DNA of 64,000 nt from Obrimoposthia wandeli (taxonomy: Eukaryota): NCBI GenBank assembly GCA_977020255.1, contig CDROCS010004529.1:62001-126000 (forward strand), given 5' to 3'. Both the position numbers and the translations under genes were made by a program. Position 1 is the stretch's first letter; each line of letters begins with the position of its first letter. The notes below the pieces were generated by a model. The model was not told the DNA's origin. It saw only the letters and a program-made list of their open reading frames with translations, and ran no database searches. Positions 8,489 to 18,222 of this stretch are shown here, piece after piece.

Positions 8489-9562
8489 CTATAGCCAGCT
8501 GTATAATCGACCGGGATTGAGTATGTTTTTTGGATCCAATGAACGCTTTAATCGCTGTTGCAATTGCTGCATAGCAATAGGTAGAGGGAAGTTAACTTCG
8601 CCATTTCTATCGCCACCGCGCCACAGTGAAACAGAGCCTTTAGCTGCGGTTGCCAAGGCTTGCAACTGAGCTGGATCAAAATCACCACTGACCCAACGCT
8701 GCGCCCCCGCCCAATCTATAAAGGTGTCCTCACTTACAGCTAAAGAGGCAGCTGTAGGCTTAATAGAAAAACGCCATAAAGGTTTATCGGTTCGCAGGCT
8801 TGGATGCTCATACTGAGCTAAGGTATGCCAAAACTGCGCTGAATCTTCGAGTTCAGTAAACCCATATTCTGAAGACCATTGCTGGGTACTTTGAGCAACA
8901 CTTTTTGCCGCCCCTGCTAAACGAATATAAAGCTGCCCCATATGCCAGCAGGCAGAAATGATAGGTTTAGCTGTGCCCGCTAATTTATTCATCATAACTA
9001 TCGCTTTCGCCTCGCCCAGTGCCAGCGTTAGAGTTGCTTGCATTTCTGGCTTTGGTAGTACCTTCAAACTTATTTGTGTCATCACACCTAAGCCGCCCAT
9101 TGCACCTGCTTGAGTACGTGACAAATCATAACCCGCCACGTTTTTCATCACTTGACCACCATAGTTAAGTAATTCACCCATACCATTAATAAGCTGCACC
9201 CCAAGCACCATATCGCGTACTGAGCCAGCCCAAGGGCGCGTAGGCCCCGATAAATTAGCCGCCAGCGTTCCGCCGAGTGTTGCTTCACCTGAAAAACTTG
9301 GAGGCTCAAAAGATAGCATTTGATCATGTTCTGCTAATACGCTTTCTATTTCAGCGATTGTAGTTCCTGCCCGTGCAGTAAGCACTAATTCAACGGGTTG
9401 ATAAGAGATCACACCGCTGTGTTGTTTCAAACTCAGCACTTGGCCAGTATCAGTAGTGCGCCCCAAGAAATGCTTGGTATTACCTGCCACTATTTTAAGT
9501 GGTGTGCTGCTCTCGTATGCATTTTTTACCGCTTCAACTAAATGATGATTGATATCACTCAT
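8489..9562 (-). CDS. glcE: Glycolate oxidase FAD-binding subunit
   Basis: YQPVELVLTARAGT, GGQVMKNVAGYDLSR, LDPKNILNPGRLY. Confidence 0.93.
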   Translation of the reverse strand: MSDINHHLVEAVKNAYESSTPLKIVAGNTKHFLGRTTDTGQVLSLKQHSGVISYQPVELVLTARAGTTIAEIESVLAEHDQMLSFEPPSFSGEATLGGTLAANLSGPTRPWAGSVRDMVLGVQLINGMGELLNYGGQVMKNVAGYDLSRTQAGAMGGLGVMTQISLKVLPKPEMQATLTLALGEAKAIVMMNKLAGTAKPIISACWHMGQLYIRLAGAAKSVAQSTQQWSSEYGFTELEDSAQFWHTLAQYEHPSLRTDKPLWRFSIKPTAASLAVSEDTFIDWAGAQRWVSGDFDPAQLQALATAAKGSVSLWRGGDRNGEVNFPLPIAMQQLQQRLKRSLDPKNILNPGRLYSWL

Positions 9563-11040
9563 AGTGCGATCTCCTCATTAGCGGGTAATTCGATTTGCCT
9601 AAGTGCTCGATATTCTTGGCAATTTTTTAACAGTGGAATCCCCTTACCAGGATTCAAGGTGGCCTTTGGATCAAAAGCTTCCTTAACTTTATGAAATTGC
9701 GCTATCTCAGCATCGCTAAACTGTATCGGCATTTGACGAATTTTTTCCACTCCAACCCCGTGCTCCCCTGTAATACAGCCACCTACCTGTACACAATATT
9801 CTAAAATCCATGCACCTAGCTGCTCTGCTTTTTCAAAATCATTCGCTTTACCGGCATCAAATAATATCAAAGGATGCAAATTACCATCACCTGCATGAAA
9901 GACATTCGCCACGCGCAAATCTAATTTGTCAGCTTCATCTTCCATTTTAGTCAACACGTTAGCCAATTGGCTGCGCGGGATTGTACCGTCCATACAATAG
10001 TAATCGGGAGAGATTCTACCGACAGCGGGGAACGCAGATTTTCGCCCTTTCCAAAGTAATGCACGCTCTTCTTCACTTTGTGATACGCGAATTGAAGAAG
10101 CTTTATATTGATTAAAAATCCCTTGAACAGACGCTATGTATTGATCGACCTCATCAGCAGTACCATCTAGTTCGCATAATAGTAGTGCCTTTGCATTAAT
10201 AGGATATCCTGCATTAACAAACGCTTCAGCGGCAACGATCGCATGTTTATCCATCATTTCTAAACCCGCCGGGATAATACCTGCCGCAATGATCGCACCC
10301 ACTGCATCTCCAGCATTGGTCACGCAATCAAAGCCCGCCATAATCACTTGCGCCTTCTCAGGCTGCGGTAATAGCTTAACGGTTATTTCAGTCACTACGC
10401 CTAGTAAACCTTCAGAGCCGGTAAACAGCGCCATTAAATCAAATCCAGCACTGTCTAAGCCTTCACTACCCAGAGTAAACAGTTCACCTTCAACAGATAA
10501 CATAGTGACACTCAAAATATTATGCACTGTTAAGCCATACTTTAAGCAGTGCACACCTCCTGAATTTTCCGCAACATTTCCACCAATAGTACAGGCGATT
10601 TGTGATGAGGGATCAGGTCCGTAATACAAGCCATAATCCGCAGCAGCTTCACTGATCGCTAAGTTACGCACTCCAGGCTCTAACCTTGCAGTACGCGCTA
10701 AGCTGTCAATTTCAATAATGTTATTAAATTTAGCTAACGACAGCACAACACCAGCGCTATTAGGCATTGCGCCAGCACAAAGCCCTGTACCAGCACCACG
10801 GGCGACAACAGGCACTGCATATTTATGGCAAATTTTAAGTACTGTTTGCACATCTTCGATACGTTCAGGCAGCACCACCAGCATTGGCATCTCGCAAAAC
10901 ATTGCTAAACCATCGCATTCATAAGGTTTTTGGGTTTCACTATCTTCGATGACATATTGAGCATCTATAAAAGTGCGAAACTCAGCCGCTAGTGCACTTG
11001 AGCTGATTGTTGGCGTAGATATTGTTTGAGCTTCACTCAT
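9559..11040 (-). CDS. glcD: Glycolate oxidase subunit D
   Basis: ARGAGTGLCAG, PDPSSQIACTIGGNVAENSGGVHCLKYG, HAGDGNLHPLILFD, ITGEHGVG. Confidence 0.95.
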   Translation of the reverse strand: MSEAQTISTPTISSSALAAEFRTFIDAQYVIEDSETQKPYECDGLAMFCEMPMLVVLPERIEDVQTVLKICHKYAVPVVARGAGTGLCAGAMPNSAGVVLSLAKFNNIIEIDSLARTARLEPGVRNLAISEAAADYGLYYGPDPSSQIACTIGGNVAENSGGVHCLKYGLTVHNILSVTMLSVEGELFTLGSEGLDSAGFDLMALFTGSEGLLGVVTEITVKLLPQPEKAQVIMAGFDCVTNAGDAVGAIIAAGIIPAGLEMMDKHAIVAAEAFVNAGYPINAKALLLCELDGTADEVDQYIASVQGIFNQYKASSIRVSQSEEERALLWKGRKSAFPAVGRISPDYYCMDGTIPRSQLANVLTKMEDEADKLDLRVANVFHAGDGNLHPLILFDAGKANDFEKAEQLGAWILEYCVQVGGCITGEHGVGVEKIRQMPIQFSDAEIAQFHKVKEAFDPKATLNPGKGIPLLKNCQEYRALRQIELPANEEIAL

Positions 11041-11124
11041 GACAGTGACCTATTTTACGGAATTATTAGCGTAAGATTTAACCATATGCTGCAGCTATTC
11101 GTCGTTGAATACCAGTATTTTAGC

Positions 11125-11139
11125 ACTGGTCTGACCAGT
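11125..11139. promoter_or_regulatory. Candidate GlcC (FadR-subfamily) operator
   Basis: Perfect palindrome ACTGGTC-T-GACCAGT between divergent glcD and glcC; matches the TGGT-N3-ACCA pattern of FadR-subfamily regulators. Confidence 0.65.
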
Positions 11140-11375
11140 TTTTGCTGCTATTGATAGGCTTTTTTAAGTACAATACCAATTAATCGCGCTTCAAAGATAA
11201 CTGTGTGATTGAGATTAGACGTGGCAATTTTTTCTCTGCTGATTGCGCTAAAATTTAGCGCCAGGTGAATAAATTGATCAAGATGATAACAAAGCATCTT
11301 AAAGAAGCTTCGCCTGTTGCAAAATAAGAATCCAATTCCAGCGTTCCAATAACTTCTTAGGTTTAATAGCAAATA

Positions 11376-12134
11376 ATGCAACCAGCCACTTCACCATCAA
11401 TTACTCAAACAATTGCGAATCAAATAGAAAGCTTAATTGTTGAAGGAAACTTATTACCTGCACAAAAAATCCCCTCTGAAAGACAGCTTTGCTCACGCTT
11501 AAAAGTTTCAAGAGCTGCTGTAAGAGAGGCGTTAAGGGAGTTACAAACACGAAATTTGATTATCACTAAACCTGGCCTCGGCTCTTTTGTTGGCGAAATC
11601 ATAAAGCGACCCGCTACTGACAACCCATTTTTACAGCTTTATTTTGATCATAGTCGTACTTTGTATGATGTCTATGAAGTGCGTGAACAACTGGAAGGCC
11701 AAGCTGCTTATTTAGCTGCGCAACGCGCTGATAAAAAGGATCTTTATTATATTTCTAAAGCTTATCATGCGATAGAAGAGGCGGACTCTTCTACTAAGCT
11801 TTCTTTAAGTAATTCTCGTGCGCATCTTGATCAGCAGTTTCATCAAGCGATAGTTAATGCATCGCATAATCCTGTATTGATACATTTGCTCGCCAGCTTA
11901 GAAGAGCTCATATTGCATTCGGTTCAAGCTTCTAATGTTAATCTTTACCATATAGCAGCCTTACGTACACAAATGAATAAACATCACCGACAAATTTACC
12001 AAGCGATTATTAAAGCTCAGCCGAAAAAAGCACAAAAAGCCGCTGCTGCCCATGTTATTTTTGTCAGTAATTGCTTAAAGGATCGCGAACAAGAAGGGCA
12101 AAAAATTATTCGTGATGGATTGCATAATGATTGA
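11376..12134 (+). CDS. glcC: GntR/FadR-family regulator of the glc operon
   Basis: Winged HTH KIPSERQLCSRLKVSRAAVREAL, FCD domain YEVREQLEGQAAYLAA; divergent from glcDEF. Confidence 0.85.
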   Translation: MQPATSPSITQTIANQIESLIVEGNLLPAQKIPSERQLCSRLKVSRAAVREALRELQTRNLIITKPGLGSFVGEIIKRPATDNPFLQLYFDHSRTLYDVYEVREQLEGQAAYLAAQRADKKDLYYISKAYHAIEEADSSTKLSLSNSRAHLDQQFHQAIVNASHNPVLIHLLASLEELILHSVQASNVNLYHIAALRTQMNKHHRQIYQAIIKAQPKKAQKAAAAHVIFVSNCLKDREQEGQKIIRDGLHND

Positions 12135-12304
12135 GTATTATATAGATCTAGGTATCATGCGCTGGTAAATAATTATTGAGCAATATAGCCCGAAAACTAC
12201 TCTTTCGCATCTACCTTCTAAACACTAAGTATATCGAAATACCCCTTTATAAAGAATGCCCTTTTTTAGACTTGCCCCTTTCAATTTACAACGTTGGATA
12301 ATTC

Positions 12305-13066
12305 GTGGATTTTTTACTGTTAATCGAGCTTGGTTTTATCTTCGCTCTAGGTACATATGTGCAAACCGCAACTGGTTTTGGTTTAGGCATGATTATTATG
12401 GGAGCGGTCACTATGTTCGGCTTGCTTCCTATCGCCTTTACGTCTGTGGTGATTAGTTTGATGACTTTATCTAACGGAGTATTTGCGATTAAAGGCAATA
12501 GTAAAGCGCTTAATCTAAAACTCGTTGCTTATACTTGTGCAGGTTTAGTACCAGGGATTGCACTTGGATTATTTATTCTCAACTATATGAGCGCACAAAT
12601 GAATAACATACTGCAATTACTGCTAGGTATTGCAATTATGTTAGGTGCATCATCAACGTTACTCAAGCCTGAGCCAAGTAAACAAGTCTCACGCAATTGG
12701 TCTTTTGCGCTAGCAGGGAAATTAGCGGGGATATTAGCAGGATTGTTTAGTGTTGCAGGTCCTCCTTTAGTGTATCAGTTTTACCGCCAACCTTTAGATA
12801 TCAAAACCATACGCCTATGTCTGATTTTGATTTTCCTTATTAGCAGTGTCATTCGCACTTCAATGGTCGGCTTACAAGGAGGACTTGAGCTTTCGATGTT
12901 CAGCTTTGCACTTTGTACTGTGCCGATTGTTTACATTGCCACTTGGCTTGGAAAAAATTTTCCACCCCCACTTTCTACGATAAATATGCGCCGCTTTGCT
13001 ATATCACTATTGCTTATTTTAGGAGCTAGTTTAATTGTAAAGTCGATCTTAGTAATGATTAATTAA
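12305..13066 (+). CDS. TSUP (TauE/SafE-family) membrane transporter
   Basis: About 8 hydrophobic helices; VQTATGFGLG and AGILAGLFSVAGPPLV motifs; GTG start. Confidence 0.8.
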   Translation: MDFLLLIELGFIFALGTYVQTATGFGLGMIIMGAVTMFGLLPIAFTSVVISLMTLSNGVFAIKGNSKALNLKLVAYTCAGLVPGIALGLFILNYMSAQMNNILQLLLGIAIMLGASSTLLKPEPSKQVSRNWSFALAGKLAGILAGLFSVAGPPLVYQFYRQPLDIKTIRLCLILIFLISSVIRTSMVGLQGGLELSMFSFALCTVPIVYIATWLGKNFPPPLSTINMRRFAISLLLILGASLIVKSILVMIN

Positions 13067-13309
13067 GTTTCTATGAGGAGTATTGTCGTTATACCTTAGC
13101 TTAATTGTGCAAATTTACTAGGATCAACATAGCTATGCTTTAATACTTCCTGAAATAGGCATCAATTCACACTCTAAACCTAATACTTCTGCCTAGCCCT
13201 TTTTAACCTGTGATTAATTTTTACGATAGGCTATGGGTTATCATTTTTTATTAACTGAAAACATATAAATTTAAAGACTAAAGATCAATATGGACTGAAC
13301 AAAAAGAAA

Positions 13310-14269
13310 TCAATGCCAGTCAATTAATTCTAAACCATGATCCAGAGAAAGTTTATAATTTGCCAATAAGGGAAGTGGGGCATTTTGCGCGCAATGCCCT
13401 ACCGGTAGACCTCGAGCAACGGGAATAGTAAGCGCATCCGCTAATTTTGAAAAAACTTTTTCAATTGCTTGCTGTGCATTAAGCGCCGTTCTTATTGGTT
13501 CGCGCTCTTTACTATCTTCATCTACCAACCCATTTGGCGCGGTATCTTTGCAGTACGTAAATTCACCTAATACTATCGCTCTGCATTCCTTTAATGCGCC
13601 GCTAAATTGCAATTGCTGCAGCATTCGCTCAATTTTGCTCCAACTTTCACCTATTTCTTCAAGGAATAAAATTTTATGGCTGAAGTCTAATTGCCACGGT
13701 GTACCAATTAACGAGCAAATAACGGCTAAGTTGCCACCAAACAAAGGTGCCATTATAGGGTGCTCAAGCTGTAAGTTTTGCGAGGAAATCCAAGTCAAAG
13801 GTTTTTGATGCCAGCGCGGGTGTGCGCACTTTTGCTTGATTAAGCCTAACAGTGCTTTTTCATCAACCGGTGTTATATTGTGAAAATCTGCTGAAGCTAA
13901 CATAGAAGCGTGCAATACTCGCCAGCCCCATTTCTGTGTTACGAACTGAAACAACGCAGTAACATCAGAGTAACCAATTAACAGCTTCTTTTTTATAGGT
14001 ATATTTTTGTTTTCAAGATAAGAAAGTATTTCTAGTAATTGCCCAGCACCGTAGCCACCTCTTACCGCCCAAACAACTTCCGCATCGGATTGGGCCGCTG
14101 CATAAAAAGCTTGTGCCCTTACTTCTTGTGAACCTGCATAGATAAAATCTTGATCCAGTAAGTTAGCTGCACAGTGATAACTAAAACCTAAATCAGAGAG
14201 CTTGTTTAAGCCTCGTTGTAGTTCGATCACGGGAACCACTGAAGATGTTGCAACAACTTCCACTTTCAT
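13310..14269 (-). CDS. S66-family LD-carboxypeptidase (LdcA/MccF-like)
   Basis: RGGYG, GYSDVTAL (Ser), LFLEEIGE (Glu), PVGH (His); no signal peptide. Confidence 0.88.
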   Translation of the reverse strand: MKVEVVATSSVVPVIELQRGLNKLSDLGFSYHCAANLLDQDFIYAGSQEVRAQAFYAAAQSDAEVVWAVRGGYGAGQLLEILSYLENKNIPIKKKLLIGYSDVTALFQFVTQKWGWRVLHASMLASADFHNITPVDEKALLGLIKQKCAHPRWHQKPLTWISSQNLQLEHPIMAPLFGGNLAVICSLIGTPWQLDFSHKILFLEEIGESWSKIERMLQQLQFSGALKECRAIVLGEFTYCKDTAPNGLVDEDSKEREPIRTALNAQQAIEKVFSKLADALTIPVARGLPVGHCAQNAPLPLLANYKLSLDHGLELIDWH

Positions 14270-14306
14270 TTCACTCTCCTTGTTAATTATGCTCGCTAAG
14301 TATTAA

Positions 14307-14795
14307 CTACTTAGAAGCTTTAATAGGCAGCGCTGTATTATATTTCAAACAGTCCATTAAAATATAAGAATGTATCGCTATCACTGACTCACAAAGCAAT
14401 TTTTTGTTGATTAAATCTGAATAAGCTCGCATTCCTGTACAATTAACGCGTAACACAAAATCGTATTCACCGGAGGCGCTATAACATTCTTGTATCTCTT
14501 CCAGCGATTCTATCAATTCTAGAACATTTGCACGGGCATCTGGCAACATTTTAGAAAAACTTAGCATCACCATGGCGCTCACATCAAAACCGGCTTTTTC
14601 TTTGTTTAGTAAAGTCACATATCGATCAATTAAACCTGATTGCTCTAGCCTTTGTAGTCGCCTATAGCACTGCGATGCTGACAGATTAATCTGTTCGGCC
14701 AAATGAGAGCGCGAAACCCTACTATCTCTTTGTAATATTTCAAGAATGCGTACATCGATCCTATCTAAGCTTAACTGATGCATGATTTCAGTCAC
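14307..14795 (-). CDS. Lrp/AsnC-family transcriptional regulator
   Basis: LDRIDVRILEILQRDSR...LSASQCYRRLQRLE; EIQECYSASGEYDFVLRV. Confidence 0.9.
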   Translation of the reverse strand: MTEIMHQLSLDRIDVRILEILQRDSRVSRSHLAEQINLSASQCYRRLQRLEQSGLIDRYVTLLNKEKAGFDVSAMVMLSFSKMLPDARANVLELIESLEEIQECYSASGEYDFVLRVNCTGMRAYSDLINKKLLCESVIAIHSYILMDCLKYNTALPIKASK

Positions 14796-14978
14796 TATTA
14801 TCTATTAAAATCATAAAATATCGCACTAACTTGCTATAAACAAGCAAAAGTTGAGCAGATTATTGCAGCTATTTTTGGCTAATATATGAGAATATTCTTT
14901 ATTTTACATTCAACGCCAGCACTTAACACAAATACCTAGCAAAAGTGCTTAACAAACTAATAATTACAGAGAACTAAT

Positions 14979-16223
14979 ATGTCAAATTCACACTCGCTAG
15001 ACCTAGATTTTGTACGTCAACAGTTTCCCGCCTTTGCAGAACCTTCGCTAAAAGATAGCGCATTCTTTGAAAACGCTGGCGGCTCTTATATGTGCCAACA
15101 AGTAATGCAAAGATTAGATAGCTATTTTCATAAGACCAAAGTGCAGCCTTACCACCCTTACCCACAAGCACAACTAGCTGGCCAACAAATGGACGACGCT
15201 TATACAGCACTAGCCGATTGGTTAAATGTATCTGCAGATGAAGTTTACTTTGGCCCATCAACCAGCCAAAACACTTACGTATTAGCGAATGCAATGCAGG
15301 GTTGGTTACAGGCGGGCGATGAAATAATTGTTACTAACCAAGACCATGAGGCAAACTCTGGTGTATGGCGAAATTTAGCAGCGCGAGGCATGAAAATAAT
15401 ACAATGGAGTGTTAACCCTGAAACTGGATCATTAGAAATAGAGCAATTGAAGCAATTGTTCACTGATAAGACTAAGTTATTAGTTTTTCCACACTGCTCC
15501 AATATCTTAGGTGAAATAAACGCCATTGCTGACATTTGCCAACTCGCCAAAAAACATCAAGTGCGCACAGTCGTAGATGGCGTTTCATTTGCAGGTCACG
15601 GTTTACCTGATGTGGCAGCTTTACATGCAGATATCTATTTATTCTCACTTTATAAAGTATATGGCACTCATCAAGGTATTATGGTGGTGCGCAGTGATAT
15701 GAATGACTTATTAGTCAATCAAGGTCATTACTTTAATAGTGACTTAAGGGAGAAGCGATTAACACCTGCAGGGCCTGATCACGCACAAATAGCCGCTGCT
15801 AGCGGTGTTTGTGATTATTTTTCTGCGGTTTATCAGCATCATTTTTCCAATGCTGATGCCAGTGCACTTGAAAAAGCCACAGCGGTGCACAATTTATTTG
15901 TCAAAGCAGAACAACAGACACTTAAGCCATTATTGGATTTTTTTCAACAGCATCCAAGTATTCGTATCATCGGCCCTGAAGGGGTTGAAAACCGTGCGCC
16001 AACCGTCGCTATTATTGTCGAAAACCACTCATCTATGGCGTTAGCTAAAGCACTGGGTGAAAAAGGGATTATGTGTGGAGCAGGGCATTTCTACTCACTT
16101 CGCTTGTTACAGGCAATGCAAATAGATACCGATGACGGAGTATTACGCTTTTCACTGGTTCACTACACATCTAAAGCAGATGTCGATAAGCTTATTAGCG
16201 TATTGTCTGAACTGATTACTTAG
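14979..16223 (+). CDS. Class V PLP-dependent enzyme (cysteine desulfurase-like family)
   Basis: FFENAGGS, DHEANSG, VDGVSFAGH, FSLYKVYG (PLP Lys), LRFSLVHYT. Confidence 0.88.
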   Translation: MSNSHSLDLDFVRQQFPAFAEPSLKDSAFFENAGGSYMCQQVMQRLDSYFHKTKVQPYHPYPQAQLAGQQMDDAYTALADWLNVSADEVYFGPSTSQNTYVLANAMQGWLQAGDEIIVTNQDHEANSGVWRNLAARGMKIIQWSVNPETGSLEIEQLKQLFTDKTKLLVFPHCSNILGEINAIADICQLAKKHQVRTVVDGVSFAGHGLPDVAALHADIYLFSLYKVYGTHQGIMVVRSDMNDLLVNQGHYFNSDLREKRLTPAGPDHAQIAAASGVCDYFSAVYQHHFSNADASALEKATAVHNLFVKAEQQTLKPLLDFFQQHPSIRIIGPEGVENRAPTVAIIVENHSSMALAKALGEKGIMCGAGHFYSLRLLQAMQIDTDDGVLRFSLVHYTSKADVDKLISVLSELIT

Positions 16224-16232
16224 TACTAAGAT

Positions 16233-16304
16233 GCTGTTCTCGAACAGCCCTATAAAACATCCCCGCCGCTATTACCACTGTAACTTGGGTAATCAAAAGC
16301 GGGG
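16233..16304. terminator. Hairpins between convergent PLP-enzyme and DMT genes
   Basis: GCTGTT-CTCG-AACAGC (16233-16248); CCCCGC..ATTACC..GGTAAT..GCGGGG (16261-16304). Confidence 0.45.
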
Positions 16305-16323
16305 CTTATCAACTGATTACTAG

Positions 16324-16488
16324 GTAGTGCCCATCCAGAAACGGATGTCTACTGCGAACGCCTCACTAACTCAATCTACTCACTACTAGATCTAGTTGTT
16401 TGGAATAACCAAACGCCCATATCTAGTAGTACGTATCTTGAATCATTGGGGCGCTCTCGCGACAACCCCGTTTCAGGATGAGCACTAC
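16324..16488 (-). repeat. 165-nt rod-like fold-back element (family C; MITE/ERIC-like or structured RNA)
   Basis: 21-bp terminal stem GTAGTGCTCATCCTGAAACGG / CCGTTTCTGGATGGGCACTAC (19 WC, 1 G-U, 1 U-U), nested stems to the apex GTTTGG-TTATT-CCAAAC. Confidence 0.7.
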
Positions 16489-16498
16489 GTATATTAAT

Positions 16499-16936
16499 CT
16501 AGCGTTGTAAAAAATAAACTCCAGCCAATAACAACACCACACCAAAAATTCGATTACTATTAATTTCTACAGTAATACCGGCTAAGCCAAAATGATCAAA
16601 CACCAGAGACATCACTAATTGGCCCAAAATAGCGGCCGCTAGCATATTTGCAACGCCAATGCGGGGCATTATATACAACATACCGCTGACAAAAATAACA
16701 CCTAAAAAGCCGCCCAGATACAAGTACCAATCGATACTCGCCAGTCGCTTATAATCTGGAATACTCGCTTGAGCCATCGCTAATACAATAATACAAGCGA
16801 CAGTCCCACCGATATAAGAAACTAAGGTCGCTTGCATAGGATGCAGCATTACCGCACCTAAACGCGCATTCAAAGTCCCTTGAATAGGCAACATAGCACC
16901 AGCCCCTACTGCTAGCAAAACTAACAACCAATTCAT
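16499..16936 (-). CDS. DMT-superfamily transporter (DUF606/YdcZ-like)
   Basis: AGAMLPIQGTLNARLG, WYLYLGGFLG, GQLVMSLVFDHFG. Confidence 0.88.
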   Translation of the reverse strand: MNWLLVLLAVGAGAMLPIQGTLNARLGAVMLHPMQATLVSYIGGTVACIIVLAMAQASIPDYKRLASIDWYLYLGGFLGVIFVSGMLYIMPRIGVANMLAAAILGQLVMSLVFDHFGLAGITVEINSNRIFGVVLLLAGVYFLQR

Positions 16937-16958
16937 TTATTTCTCCAGGCTTGCATTT

Positions 16959-17996
16959 TTATGGGCAAGGATTATGACAAGCATGATGGATTTCTTCAAT
17001 CTTAGCTTGCAGCTCAATATCAAGCTCCAAATCAATCGCGCTGATAGCATTTTCAAGCTGTGCAATATTTGTCGCACCTATAATAGTAGAGCCTACAAAA
17101 GGCCTGCTTGCAACAAAGGCCAGAGCCATTTGCGAAGGATCTATACCTGCGCTATTGGCTAAATCAACGTACTTTTGAGTCGCTATAATGCCGTTAGGTG
17201 TTAAGTAGCGTGAGTAATTAGGGAATAGATCTAATCTAGAATTTTTTGGGAGTGCCCCGTTCAAATACTTACCGCTTAGTACCCCAAAACCTAATGGTGA
17301 ATAAGGTAATAAATCGATATTCTCTCGGTATAAAACTTCCGCTAAACCTATTTCAGCCGTTCTATTGAGCAAAGAATAAGCATTTTGTACACTCGCCATA
17401 CGCGGTAGATTAAACTCTTTGGCTAACTGCAGAAATGTCATCACCCCCCATGGTGATTCATTGGATACGCCTATGTGGCGCACTTTTCCTTCGTCAACTA
17501 GCTGCTTTAAAACTGTTAATGTTTCAAATAGCGGCGTGCCATCGTTACTGGCATCGTGCTCGTAGCCTAATTGTCCAAAAAAGTTAGTTTGACGATCAGG
17601 CCAGTGCAACTGGTACAGATCAATATAATCGGTGTTTAACCTTTTTAAACTACCTTCAATAGCGGTACGAATATTACTTTCATCATGTGCTATATTTTCT
17701 CGCAAATATTCAACCATAGGAGCTGGACCACATACTTTAGTCCCTATAATCAACTGATCACGATTATTTCGCGCTGCAATCCAATTACCAATATATTCTT
17801 CAGTTAACGTGCGAGTAGCGGCTGAAGTTGGTACAGGGTAAAGTTCCGCAGTATCGATAAAATTAACACCTTGCGCCAAGGCATAATCTAGCTGTTCGAA
17901 AGCTTCTTGTTGAGTGTTTTGCTTACCATAAGTCATGGTACCTAAGCAGATACGGCTCACATTAAGCTCAGTATTAGCGAGTTTTTTGTACTTCAT
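16959..17996 (-). CDS. tas: NADP(H)-dependent aldo-keto reductase Tas
   Basis: ICLGTMTYG, NFIDTAELYPVP, DLYQLHWPDRQTNFFG, IGVSNESPWG. Start taken at MKYKKL (17996); the ORF track extends to 18026. Confidence 0.9.
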   Translation of the reverse strand: MKYKKLANTELNVSRICLGTMTYGKQNTQQEAFEQLDYALAQGVNFIDTAELYPVPTSAATRTLTEEYIGNWIAARNNRDQLIIGTKVCGPAPMVEYLRENIAHDESNIRTAIEGSLKRLNTDYIDLYQLHWPDRQTNFFGQLGYEHDASNDGTPLFETLTVLKQLVDEGKVRHIGVSNESPWGVMTFLQLAKEFNLPRMASVQNAYSLLNRTAEIGLAEVLYRENIDLLPYSPLGFGVLSGKYLNGALPKNSRLDLFPNYSRYLTPNGIIATQKYVDLANSAGIDPSQMALAFVASRPFVGSTIIGATNIAQLENAISAIDLELDIELQAKIEEIHHACHNPCP

Positions 17997-18222
17997 AACA
18001 ACCTCTAAGATGTATAACACAAACAAAAGCGCAACTTCATAAACGACACAAACTTGCGCTGTGAGAATATAAAAATATAGAATATAATTAGAACTCAGAA
18101 GTTTAGCGAACCTAACATTGATCTAGTGTGAAAATGCGCGTTATTGTATATTTTTTCCGGTCAATAACTGACTATTCATGTGGAGGATAAAACACTGTAT
18201 TCAAAGCGGCATTTAAAAATAC

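Noticed and set aside
16324-16488. 6S RNA, SRP RNA or ribozyme identity for the family C hairpin
   Set aside because: No large central bubble or 6S motifs as I recall them, no SRP GGAA-loop motif, no hammerhead core. Left unassigned pending an Rfam search.
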